Source of the DNA: Cycas panzhihuaensis
Taxonomy: Eukaryota > Plantae > Cycadophyta
Length of the DNA: 64,000 nucleotides
Reading direction: 5' to 3'
NCBI GenBank assembly: GCA_023213395.1
Contig: CM041465.1
Span: 211,861,741-211,925,740, forward strand
Under the pieces are notes generated by a model. It made no database searches, was not told the DNA's origin, and was given only the letters and a program-made list of their open reading frames with translations. This document shows positions 51,652 through 64,000 of this stretch, piece by piece. Numbering within the stretch: the stretch's first letter is position 1; each line of letters begins with the position of its first letter. Made by a program: the position numbers and the translations under genes.

Positions 51652-54100
51652 TGTTGGTGTTTCTCGACCCTAGAATGGCTTCTTAGCAAGTCGACTCAAG
51701 TAAGTATAAGTATGCTTCTATCCTTCGCCTTTACTACTTCTCCAAAAAGGTAAATAAAAGCATCATCTTATTACATGACTGACTATCACATTTGAGTGAT
51801 CATCTTGCACACGCTGCTTGATCATATTGCGTGTTACTCTTTCAACCTATGACAATCAGTAGGGCATGCATCCCCATGGCATTCCACAACCCTCCTATGC
51901 ACCTCCACATTGTCCTAAGCACTGCTCAACCCATGTGATCCATCACACCCCTAACCACATCACAACCCTTAGGAACCCGCTAAGTGTGATTGGTTGATCC
52001 TTATGTTAGTTATCAGTTTCCTGGGAGTCCTGCCACTTTGGTACCCCATCTGGTTTAGGTCATCTTCTCTATTTGACTGTCCCCAGCCACCTGGATAAAG
52101 GGCCAGCCCCTCCTAGGCCTGGGGTACCTCCTTTAAAGATCACAGGCATCCTCCCTTTGGCCTTTTTTGGTCCCTATCATCGCACCATGACAAATGTTAT
52201 GATATCATGGTAAACTTCATGGTACCATAAAGTTTGCCACATGGCATCGCCATAACTTGTTTTCTAAAATTTGTCATGGTAAATTTCATTTTTTTTACGA
52301 AATTACCACGTGGATTCAACACCTCTTGAGCCTTACCTCAACCCTAATCATCCATCCAGCCTAGGGTTAGGTATAAAGCCCAAAACAACCTCATTTTCCT
52401 ATTCTTCTTCCACCTTCCTTGCTCTCTTCTCTCTCTTTCATAGGAGTTTTCTACAGGAGTGCCTTGCAACGTTCAAGTTCCCTGTGTTCCACACCGAGGT
52501 CGCCCATTGTAGCCTCGATCCATGGCAAGAGGCCCACCAACTAACACCTCCAAGTAAGGATTCATACCCAATTTTGGCCTCCACGCCCTTCCTATAGCTT
52601 TCAGCAAGTGTGTTTCCATTGCAAAGATCTTCCTAAGGATATCCTATAAGCATACCAAACCTACCATTTTCTGTTGTCTTCAGGGGCAGATCCACCTCCT
52701 ACATAGCCCAGTAGGTATTTTCCATTGTTATTCCATATATTTCCTTAGGTTTATCTTGTAAAAGGTTAGGTCTTTGAGCACATTATTCCTTTCCTTATCT
52801 TCTTTGTTGTATATAGGAGGTATTCCTCCATTCCTTGTCTTCTTGCCCTCCTAATCTCCCTACCCTCTCCTAGTTTTTTCTAAGGAGGCTTTGGGAGAGG
52901 ACCCACAAAGAGTGAAAGAAAGGAGCTAGTGCAGGATCTGTACCTACTTGGCCTGCTCCTCAAGGGTAAACCCCTTCTCCTCTTTCCTCTCCTTCACTTG
53001 TGCCTCCCTTGGGTCACCTGGGAGTCTTTGGGATTAGGCCTGCACTGGATATCAACGTATACAACCCTTGCTACACTGTTTCCAAACTTGCACGCCTCTT
53101 TTGGGAATCTCTTCCAGCCTAAAACGGTGTCCTCTATTTATCCTAGGTCCTGGCATAGCCAACATTGTAATTTGTTGCCCATAGCATACTTGCAACATAG
53201 GCAACTTTCACAAATCTCATAGTGTTTGTTTCCTTTATTGTTTAGTACTAATATGTTGTTCTAATCGATGTACCTTATGTCTAAGGATAGTGTAGAGGTG
53301 TACTTGCCGGAGGGTTATCTATTCCGAGGCTAACCTCCCTTGCCTTAGCATGTGTTGTTGGTTTTCTTGAGAGATTATGGAGTTATATTTGGTGGAAGAT
53401 TACCTAACTTAAAGCATTCTAACTTGTAACATTTTAGCATTTTACTTTTGCATAAGTATATAAAAATTGACTTCAGATCTTAGCAACCCCTTTAGAAAGG
53501 GTAAAGAACTTTATGATTTTTGCACCATTTATAGAGAAAGTATATTCATTGTTCTTTGCACTTGTATGCTTAGTTTACCTCTCATTTGCACACATACGAC
53601 TAGTCTTTATTCCATCAGTGCTGAGAGACTAGGAACCCCTTAACACATAGAGTGGCAGAACTCTTTATGCTACCAATCTTTATCCATCCGATCTTTTGTT
53701 AAGTGGATTAGTTCCTAGAGGATCCATTCCCTAAGATCCTTTCTCTTTCCTTATCATACCTATATACACTTCACCTACATCACTTAGCTTTCTTTCCATG
53801 AGGGTCTACTCCCTCATTGGGTCTTGCCTTCCCTTATGGCCATCCAAGGGTAAAAGACTCTTGTTTTGAGGTTACTCGCAATCGAGGGCATCCTCACCTA
53901 TGCTCCCTTCAAAGTCAAAAGACAATTTACCTTAAGAAAGTCGTATGCCATTTGTGGGTTCCAAACCTGTGTTCTGATGCATGGACACCCTATGTGGGTG
54001 CTTCCTTACACTTGTTAGTTTGATCACTTTGTTCGAGCCTTCTATTAGTTACGTTAATCCCCAACTAGGTATAATTACCATCCCCATAGATGTGATTCCA
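51652..54100 (+). repeat. 5' LTR (~2.4 kb) of the Gypsy element
   Basis: Starts tgttggtg (left edge tentative); TATA ggtataaagccc near 52370; ends CA directly before the PBS. Confidence 0.6.
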
Positions 54101-54101
54101 C

Positions 54102-54119
54102 TAGCGACCATACTGGGGA
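54102..54119 (+). promoter_or_regulatory. Primer binding site, tRNA-Arg type
   Basis: tagcgaccatactgggga is a decayed form of TGGCGAC..CACTGGGGA, complementary to the plant tRNA-Arg 3' end. Confidence 0.7.
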
Positions 54120-54249
54120 CCCGCCAGTAAGGGAATTAGTCTTTCTCCCTTTTCTGTTGGTGCTACTATCTCTTGGTAGCTTTCCCTTTTGATCTTGTTG
54201 AGCAGCCCCCAATACATTCATAAACTTATTTCCTTACATAGGTAGGACT

Positions 54250-57200
54250 TGCATGCGATGATTCTCACATCGCCACAAGGCCTTACCCCATTGTCAGAAG
54301 AGCCTTCATATTATTCCCTTCCTACATCGGATCCTGATCTGATCATGGAGGGATCTCTCTCAGATTGGGCATACCACACTTATATGTTTGATTCCTTAGA
54401 GCCACCTACTTCCTTCCAAGGGTCCACCTAAGGAAGTGAAGACCCCATTTATTATCTAGGTGACTAACCACACCCTCAGATCACCATTCCTCTACTCATG
54501 GAGTAGGACCTACATCTCCTTTAGAGTTTTGCCACCCTCATGGCAATTCTCATGAGAACCATCCTACGGGATCCACTTTGTATAAGGCTCATTCCACCTC
54601 TTACAATCAAGCTTGATACCCTTCCCACCGATGTAGTAAAGCTTGAGCCAAGGTTTCCAAGCCGCTAATCTCTAACCACCCCAAAGTGGTTTGAGAACGC
54701 CTTACAAACCATCAGGCCCCTTTCTTATACATCTCCTTCACCTCGCTCATCTCGCTCACCACTTTACCTATGATAAGCTTGCCTTTACATCTTCTTATTC
54801 TCCCATGGTATATGTTCCTGGGACCACCTGTGGCATGTCATCTTCCCAACTCGACTTGAGCATGCCCCTGGCTAGTCAAACCAATAGTCCTCCTCTTACC
54901 ATTGTTTATCCACCTACTAGACTTAGGGGACCCCAATTTACCCCTACTTCTAGTCACGTGGGGTCCCTCCCCACATAATCCTAATACCAACCTAGGGATC
55001 CTTCTCTCTACCTACCTCCTAGTTACACTACTCAACCGTGGGGGCATGGTAAAAGGAACTCCCCACCGCTATGGGGTGGACCCTCCGTGATCCTTATGGG
55101 GTTATACCACCCACTTGCGCCCATATGAGCATAATCTAGTCCCTCACCCTCCTTTCAGCCATCTTATGTGGCACCTTACATCGCACCTTTGCAAGGAGGC
55201 CCAACTCCTTCCCAAGGATCATTCCCTTAAGCTCCTTTTCAACAAGGATCACTCTCTCTAGGAGGGATGGGTACGCCATACCCATCTCGCCTCCCATGCA
55301 AGTTTCTTCAAATGTGGGATTCATGTCTCTTCACCCAACAAGGAGGATAACATCCCCTTTCAAACTAAACCCTCTAAGGAGGATTTGGCCAAACCTACCC
55401 ACCATCATTTCTAGCTTATATTGACTCTGTGGTCCACCAAGGGTACATCCCATTATGGACTATCAGTTAACCCTATTATCCATTGAGGCGCTAAGATCTA
55501 ACTTACCACCTCACCCTCCTGAGGTCCCCAAATTCGATGGGACTTCATCAGAAGACCTAGCAGAGTATTGACTACTGGGCTTATGACCACATCTCATGAA
55601 ACTATTTCCACGATCTCAATGGTTTTATCGCCTACCCGTGCATTCTATCTTCTCATTCCAATAGCTCGTGGATGAGTTTGTCAACTACTTTGATGTGGCT
55701 CGCCCATTTGAGAGTGGAATGAAATCCATTTTGTCACTTAAACAAGGTCACGATAAAATGAATCGTGACTTTATGTGGTGTTTCCATGACCTTCTTCATT
55801 CCACTAAGGCTACTTTACCCGAGGAGTTGAAGAGGGACCCTTTTGTCAATGCCCTTCATCCAGAAGTTCACGTAGAAGTCCTCAAGATGGGGGTAACTAC
55901 GTGCCAGTCCGCTATAGCAAAGTGCTTGGAATTTGAGCCCATCGAGATCCGTGCTAGACTTAAGAAGTTTCTAAAGTCCTCACAATGACGTGAGGTACTA
56001 CCACCATCAAAAGAAACCAAAACCCAACAACCTACTAGGTCTTCTTCTCATTCTACCGAGAAGATCCTAGTCCCTCTCACTTCAGCCATACATTCATTTA
56101 AACATACTATAAAGGAGATCAAGCTTCAAACTCCTACGTCTCCCATATCTACCAAGCTAGTCCACCAGGCTTCCCAAGATGCTCCTTCTAAGGGTGGCAA
56201 CACCTAGTCCTCTCAAGTGAGGAATCTCGACTCCTCCCTTGAGAATAAGTGGTGCTCCATCCATGGAGAGTGCTTCCATGATGATTTGTGGTGCCAAGCA
56301 CAACATCTTAAGGTTGCCCTACAATGTGACTCTTCCCCCAACAGGCATCTAGGCCTAACCTAGACCAGCCTGTTCATAGAGATCCCTTCCCTAAACATGG
56401 GGAATGTGATCGCAACCCCCAGTAAAAGAATAATCGAAATTGAGAGAGTTCTCCTAATCGCTGCCCTTCACAAACTAAAGGGGAGGGTACAAGGAATTTA
56501 TCCTCTTCCTCGGGTTCCCCTAGCCAATATACCCCTTTACCTTCGCGATCCCAGAATAAAGGAAATAAGGCCATTCAGTTGCTTGAGATGACCCCATTAT
56601 ATGCCTTAACCTGGTCTCAAGCGATCAAAGAGGCAAATAGTGCCTCTTTGTCCACATCTCATCCTAACCCTCTTCTGGAAACTTCTCTTTTGGAAGCCCC
56701 TGCACTTCCCAAGACCATTCCTATGCACCCTGGTCATTACGACTTTAGAAGGGCTCTTCCCCAACCCACTATGAGGGGGAATCCTTTCTCTATCATTGAT
56801 GAGCTTCATACCGTGGCTGCCGAAATGTCCATAATGGATGTCTTCAAGAGTGTCCTTAAATAGCATACACTACTCTTGGAGGCCTTAGGATTAGGTGACA
56901 TGCCTATTCATGTCTTGGGTGTCACCTCGAGTCATGAGCTCGTCATCTCCTTTGATCTTAAGGATCTTCCCCCTACTAGTAAAAGGGAGCACCAATGGTA
57001 TTTCCCTTTCACTATTACATCACGACACTTTGGATTGTACTTTATGAAGAACCATTATTGATAATGGTTCTTTTGTTAATGCCATGCCCTTACATATTAT
57101 GCAAGAGCTTGGCATATCAACTTTAGAACTAGTTCTATGGCGGTGCCATGACTATGACGGTAGCGAAAAGACACCCTTGGGATTGGTGTCTATCCTATTT

Positions 57201-60200
57201 ACTCTTGAGGACAAGACTGTCCTTGCTGATATTATAGTACTTGACATTGAAATTGACTACATTATGTTGTTAGGATGCCCATGGCTCGATCAGATGGGAG
57301 CCATGTGCTCATCTTATTGGGGGCAACTTAGATTTGTCCATGAGGGGTGAATGAGAGTTATCTCTCAGGAGATTCCTTCTATTAAACAACCATGTCAATC
57401 CCGCCAAGCAGGTTATAGCCAAATGAAAGGCGACAAAGGCCTTTCTACCCATGCCTCGACTTGTTCTATTGACATCCCCAACTCATCTCTTTTGGAAGAA
57501 GGCCCTTCATCCTCTTTTTCAACCTCATATATTTGGCCCCTATTGGTGTTGAAAGTTACAACCACCTTGCCATACTTAGTGATGATGAGTTTGACGGTGA
57601 GGATGATGACTTCCCTCACCCCATTTCCCTTTTGGGCATGAGTAGGGGGCACCTCCTACATTCTAGATTTTGCTTTGGAACCCCTATAATTGGAGAAACT
57701 AGTTCTCCTCTTGTATCTCATGTCATTACCCCTGTTGATCAGGTGATCCTTCAGTCTTCCCCTTCATTTCCATAAATAGGTAACGAGGTTGGGGAACCTC
57801 CTGTTGTCCCTTGTGAGGGACCTCTTTCCGCTTTTTCTAGGAGTCCATCGTATACCAATTGGCGTGACGACCACCATGGTCCCGCTGTCTCTACTCCTTC
57901 ACCCTTCGCCTTCTCGAAGCGTGGTCATCCATGGGGTGGACTACTTTGAGAATGATGAAGCCCTGCTTGAGCACTTAGCAGGATCCATGCCCAACCTTCC
58001 TTCTAGTCACCGTAGTCTTGGTTATTAGAAGGTTTTGGCTATTGGGTCTTCTCTTGCTGACCCAACTCTATCCCTTGTTCCATCCCTTCCTGTTGACCGA
58101 TCCCCCCTCCACTTTGAGGAGGGGAATGCCATGTGCATGGGGGTAACCCAGGACATAGTCCTTGCCCCAGGCAAAGTCATTAAGGTAGGGCAAATGCTCT
58201 TCCGATGAAGTGAATGAGTATACCCTTCTATTCTAAGAGTTTCAAGATGTTTTTACATGGGACTACTCCGATATAAAGGGAATTGATCCTTCAATCATAA
58301 CCCACAACCTTACCACCATTCCTAGCACTCGTCCTATGCGTCAGAAACAATGCCCTCTTCACCCTAAGCTCTTAGTTCAAGTTAAAATAGAACTTGAGAA
58401 ACTCCTCAATCCAACATTCATCACTTCCATCGACTACCCTAACTGAATATCTAACATTATCCTAGTTGCTAGAAAGAATGGGACAACTGGATATGCATTA
58501 ATTTTGTGACATTAATAATGCATGTCCTAAGGACGCTTCCCACTTCATTTTATTGATTAGATCATCGATCGAACCATCGCTTTTGAAGTTATGTCCTTAA
58601 TGGATGCCTTCTCCGTTACAACCAAATTCAAATTTCTCCTAAAGATCGCCATAAATGGCCTTCACCACTTTGTGGGGTACTTTTGCCTATAAGGCAATGC
58701 CTTTAGACTCAAGAATGCGTGCACTACTTATCAAAAGGTAATGCAATTCATTTTCACGATCCGATTAATAAATCCTTCGAGGTCTTCATGGATGACATGA
58801 TGGATCTCTCATGCATTAGAGCCCATCACCCGCCGATTTCGGCCATCTTTGCATGATGCCGCAAATACCATGTAAGCCTCAACCCTCTTAAATGTATGTT
58901 TACCATGACCACTAGCAAACTCCTTGGTTTTCTTGTGTCAAAGCAAGGAATCCAAATTGACCCTGATAAAGTTAAGGCCATCCTTGACATGTCAACTCCT
59001 AAAACCGAACAATGATTAAGTCATTTTAGGTAGGCTTGGTTTCTTAAGATTTGTTTGGCAAACTACGCCATAAATACCAAACTGCTCACTAACCTATTAA
59101 AGAAGGGGGCTTGTTTACTTGGTCTTCTAAGGCCCAACAAGCCTTCAAGTACTTAAGGAAGCCCTTGCTTCTCGCTCCAACTTTGGTGCCGCTCTTTGAT
59201 AGGCTATTCATCCTATATACCTCGACAACCAATTAATCTCTTGGAGCTATGTTGGCCTGTGAGGATGATTCGAGAGTCAAGAGGGCTATTTACTTCACCA
59301 CCACGCCCTTGTGGCTACCGAACTTAATTAATCCCCTCAGAGAATGAATGCCTCTCCTCGTACATGCAACCAAGAAGTTTAGGCATTATTTGCTTAGAAA
59401 TACTACCGTGATCATTCAACTGATCCCTACATTATTTACTCACCCGACTTGACCGATGTAGGACCTGCAAGTGGGTTGTCCTCCTTCGTAAATTTAATCT
59501 CCACATCATTAATAGGAAATCAAAGAAGGATGGTAGTGGTAGCACTCATCGACACTCTTATCCCAAACCCTTTGATGTTCCCGCTGATGACTCTCTTCTT
59601 GATAAGCAAATTGTGGCCATCGAGGACTCCCTCCTCATCCGCCATCGATAGTGAATAGTATGGGGCATTGTGCGATATCTCACTTAATAGCAAGATTGCC
59701 CTAATGTTAGTAATAAAGTTAGGTCTCAGATTCAAAGCTACTACTAGACAATACTTTCTTATGGGTGAGGTATTATACAAGAGATCCTTCGATGGGATCC
59801 TTCTTCACGATCACCCCCGATTTAAGTAAACTAGATATTCCATGAATACCATAATGACATTTGCAAGGGCCACTTTGGGGCCAATCCATAGCCCAAAGGA
59901 TCCTCCATATGGGTACTATTGGCCATCCCTCTTTAAGGATGCCCATGTTATGCCTCGAGATATTGGCAATGCCAAGAGCATGCCAACATCACCCACTTGC
60001 CTTCTAAGACTCTCCACCCCATTATATCTCCATGGTCCTTCTCCCAATAGGGGTTGGACCTCATCGAGCCATATCCTCGCCTCTTCATTACAAAGACAAG
60101 TTCATCTTGATCGGTACTGCACCAGTACTTTACTAAATGGGTGAAAGTCATTCTTTGATCACTACCCCTAGTAAGACGATAGCCACCTTCATCTACCAAA

Positions 60201-60891
60201 GATATCATCTACTGCTTTAGGATTCTTGATGTCCTAATCACAGATAATATAACTCCTTTTTGTAATAAATACATGGATGAGCTTTGCGATAAATTTCATA
60301 TTTTTCATAAAACTTCCTCTCCTTACTACCCCTGTGCCAATGGCCGTGTCTAATCATTTAATAAGACTCTTATAAATATATTAAAGAAGACAATGCCCAA
60401 TCTCAAAGAGATTAGCACCTCCACTCCCTTCTCGCCCTATGGGCGATTATACATCTATCTGTATGGCTACAGTGAAAGACCTTTCTCCCTAGTCTATGGG
60501 ACAGAGGTGGTTCTCCCATCGAAGTGGAGATTCCTTCTCTATGGGTCTCTCTCGAGGTCTTATTACTAAGGAGTCTATCTATCGTGCTCATCTCTTAGAC
60601 CTCAAGGCCTTGATGAGAAACGCTGACTACCTACCAAGGCAACCTCACCTCTAAGGCTAGGCATGAATGACCTATGATAAACACCTTCGTTCTTGTCCTT
60701 TACATCCTAGGGACTACGTCCTTAAACTGAAATATCTCCATGATCGCCTAACCAAATTCAGACCTAAATGGATTGGCCCTTTCATCGTTCTCAAGAGCCT
60801 TGGGAATGGTGCTTATAGGATCGCCACCCTAGAGGGCATTAAATTTGAGAAGGTTCTTAATGGAAAATTCCTAAAAAAATTTTATGCATGA
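54250..60891 (+). pseudogene. gag-pol: Gypsy gag-pol (frameshifted)
   Basis: Retrotransposon gag 55668-55988; protease IIDNGS..LLGCPWL 57050-57350; RT 58.2-59.1 kb; RNase H; integrase ending KFRPKWIGPF..NGKFLKKFYA. Confidence 0.93.
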
Positions 60892-61649
60892 CTATGTCAC
60901 TCTTCTCTATGTGCTCTGAAATGAGCATAAACTACCATCCTAGGCACGTCCCCATTCCCCCTAACCATAGGTGGAATGGTGGGTTAGGGTGGCCCTCTTG
61001 CTTATTTTGGGTTCCTCCTGTAGAACCCCTTGTTCTCCTTTCTCTGGGGGCTCCATCTTCCTAATTGGGTATGTTGTCCTAATTGCTCCTAAGCTTGGAT
61101 ACATTTCCCAGCTAGGATGGCGTGTTGGAGTATCATCACTCCCTTCCCGCTAGCGCTTCCTTTGCATACCCCGCTATGCTCCCATATGGACATGTGTGTC
61201 GCCTACCTTCTAGCCTTATATATGTCTATCACCATTGCTCATGGTGATCATGTATGCACTTACTAGAACATGGCGTATATGAAAAGGAGTATGTGTAACT
61301 TAAACAATCCTCTATCATAAACCATATGATAATCAACCAAAAACATCATAATATATGGCTCTTTGTGCATCCTAGGCACCCTCATACATATACATACGCA
61401 TACATAGAAAAATAAATATACATCATCCATCATCATGTGTTATCACACACATTAGCATAAATCAAATAAGGTGCTAATCACCTTGTATATATATACAAAA
61501 TCATCATGTGTCATATCATATAAATGGTATGGTACATCATTTATAGGAAGCCAAATCCATGCAAGGAGGAGTACAATCATGTGGCAACATATAGGACTCC
61601 TTGCAGTCCGGTGCTTTCCTATATCACATCAAAACTACTACAACCTACT

Positions 61650-63706
61650 CTCTAGTGGTGCCTTGCTCCTAGGGCATCATCTCTTGATCGATGTGATCCC
61701 TGTCCTGGGGACCACATGCCTCCTGCACTCTTCCTGCCTGGGAACTCCTAGCCTCGCCCTCATCCCAAGGCCTCCTCGTGGTCATCACCACTATGTGGGT
61801 ATAGGTCCCGCCTCCTCGATGACCTCGATGCCATCTAACCTACCAGATGATCGTATCGTACCTAGATATAATCCCTCTCCCACTCTACTCCTCAAGTCGC
61901 CTCCTCCAAGATCGCTATCCCGATGCGACTCTCAACATCACCACTTGCTCCTCCCTAAGCCTCTAGAGCCTGGACCCAGCTTCATCATATATTTCTCTCT
62001 GCCCTGGTCATATCTAGCTCTCCTTATAGTTGTCCCACCCTCGTCTCATGCTCCTAGGACTCTACCATCCACATGTCTCTAGCCCTAACTAAAGGAGCGA
62101 ATGCCACCATGTAATCTCCCACCACCATGGCTCCTCTCCTATCTATATGGGAGGTTGGCCCTCCATGTAGACCTAGGGAAACATCTCCCAGACTACCACT
62201 TTAATCAACCTCATGATGTCTCGCCTCAATTAACCTCCCAATGTCCACCACTCCTACAAATCCAACATGCCACGTATCAGTATATACACCAAATAAATCA
62301 AATAAAGCATAACAACTAGATATCTAGTGATCGAAAGATGAAGGGAAAAGGTAGTGTCTCACCGGAACCATCGCCTCCCGACTCACGATGACCTCCTCCT
62401 CAGGTCCTCCACCTACTACTGGTACCTCCTCCTCCTCTGGTACCACCTCTCTGACTACTTGGCCTACCAGGGTACCTCCACCCTCCGCTTTTGGTGTTGC
62501 CACCATTCAGACTCTCCCTACTATCCTCGCCTTTTAGATTAGCATCCGGAAGCTCCACCTCTCCCTATAGTCCCCATGCACCGCCTCCTCCTATGGCTCC
62601 CCGATGGCCCCGCCTTTCTCCGACGGTCCCCGATGGACCCGCCTCTTCTCAGGGCTCCCGATGGCCCCTCTCCTCCCGTGGGTCCCTAATGGACCTACCT
62701 CTCCACTTGTTACTCCTAATGGGACCCCATCACCCCAATCATCATTATCTCCCTCACCGGCATCTCCCCGCCTCCTACCTCATCATTACTATCCTACCTC
62801 ACCCCTCTATATGGATCTCCTGTGTAGTCATCCATGGTGAGGAGGTCTAGTGGTGTAGACTCCATTAAGTGCATGACCTGTGCCTGGTCTTTAATTCCTC
62901 TAAATCAAGTCTACTACCTGTGGACCATAGGAGCCCATGCTAAGATCAGGTGGGGCCCTCCTAGTGGTGCCACTACTCCAAAGTGATCAAAGAACTAGCA
63001 GTGTAATAATATGTATATGACAATCCTCCTCTCCCCGCTACCCTGATGGCATCTAACTGGGCAATTAAGTTTGTCGCTATCAGCGTGGCCCAGTCTAATC
63101 TCTCCCTGGCCTCACATCTCCTTACTACATCCATCCATCTACTAGGTATATCCCTATAATTTTATTTCTAGGATATCTAGAATAGAATGCACATAGTAAT
63201 CAATTTCCTTACATGAGGAATCCTAGACTTAATCATGCTCGACCTGCATACCTCTCCTCTTCCATCCATCCTAATCAGAAAGTAGGTTACCGCCTCTATG
63301 TACATCATTATTACTAGGCAGGCACCTAGTGACACCGGTGCTCTAGCTACTAGTACTCCCAAGATCCTCTTAATGTCTCCTAGTGTGATCAGAACATCTC
63401 CCACTGGGAGATAAAACACATGCCTCCGCTGATCCCATCAGGAGACCGATCTAGTAGGAGGTATTAGTCTGACGCATATTATGGTGTTTGAATGGCCTTC
63501 AATAGGCCACATCTCTCAAGTACTCGCTGATCTCTGTAAGTCATTATCTCAATAAAACTAATCATGGTAACTCCTATGTTTTTGTAGTTGTCCACTGTGA
63601 TAACCGCCACAAAACCCCAAAACACGCCGAGCTCTGCTAAATCTACCCATCGCCCTTAGACTACCTCTCACTCCTCTCGAACCGAGATCCGCCTCCTTCG
63701 AGCCAT
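61650..63706 (-). pseudogene. Antisense Plant Mobile Domain (PF10536, MAIN/MAIL1-like) gene with two exons: PMD, acidic Gly/Glu linker, charged C-terminus
   Basis: ATG at 63706 (MARRRR); WDQRRHVFYLPVGDVLITLGDIKRILG matches the PMD W..ETHTFHLP.GE.TITL.D...LG motif; later LDWATLIATNL and WFFDHF-like motifs. The 3' end is approximate. Confidence 0.8.
62254..62362 (-). other. Predicted spliceosomal intron in the PMD gene
   Basis: CCG|GTGAGA donor, U-rich body, TACTGAT branch point about 22 nt before TTTGTAG|GAG acceptor; phase 0. Confidence 0.65.
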
Positions 63707-63845
63707 CTTTTTGCTTTTCACCATCGCAGACCACGCTAAACTCCACAAGATCGCAAAGTTTAGAGTGGGGCCCACTGAGATTTTCCCCTAATCTTAGCAA
63801 TTTCAAAGAAAGATCATCGCACCATGATCTTTGCTATGGTGTTGA

Positions 63846-64000
63846 TGTCACCCCCAAAATGGGGGTTTTCAACCTAAAAATAAAAATTATTTACCCGAGT
63901 GGGCCACACTCAGGCCCACTGAGACTAGGGCTCCTTAATACCCAGTCCCACCTCTCGATGGGTCTAATTCAGACTCTAGGAGATCATTATTTGGCATTAA
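63846..64000. repeat. Terminus of another LTR (TGTCACCCC...), running out of the window
   Basis: TGTCAC terminus typical of Gypsy LTRs; no similarity to 51652 and no PPT before it. Confidence 0.35.

Larger units (their letters stand above)
51652..63840 (+). mobile_element. Non-chromovirus (Athila/Tat-related) Gypsy element with a long LTR and an antisense extra gene; 3' LTR not in the window
   Basis: LTR about 51652-54100, tRNA-Arg-type PBS, gag-PR-RT-RH-INT, and a 3' region with an antisense PMD gene. Confidence 0.85.

Noticed and set aside
61471-62850. Plus-strand Pro/Ser/His-rich ORFs (203 aa, 119 aa and others)
   Set aside because: These are shadows of the purine-rich minus-strand PMD gene.

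Overview
This window is AT-rich, cytosine-deaminated intergenic DNA from a large-genome vascular plant (gymnosperm-like, inferred from the TE families and CG/CHG decay). It is almost entirely nested LTR retrotransposons, and I found no intact host gene or RNA gene. Contents: two related long-leader Copia elements (A, 1-6733 +, 5'-truncated; C, 22217-30326 -, full length with TSD TAGCA), two internally deleted Copia elements (7946-10650 -; 32624-36594 +, TSD TTGAT), a chromodomain Gypsy (30583-41251 -), two copies of a non-chromovirus Gypsy family (disrupted host about 19.3-42.5 kb; younger copy 51652-63840), a LINE RNase H relic, LTR fragments and microsatellites. Three observations stand out. 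(1) Copia A and C share a ~410-nt GC-rich, multibranch structured-RNA block just upstream of gag, at the end of a long AT-rich leader (IRES- or packaging-signal candidate). (2) Two non-autonomous LTR elements (11200-14963 -, 46331-49825 +) encode the same 'mini-gag' ORF, lack that RNA block, and each shares its leader with a different autonomous Copia, which suggests a helper/satellite system. (3) The younger Gypsy carries an antisense, intron-containing Plant Mobile Domain gene. All alignments and folds were done by eye and need computational confirmation.
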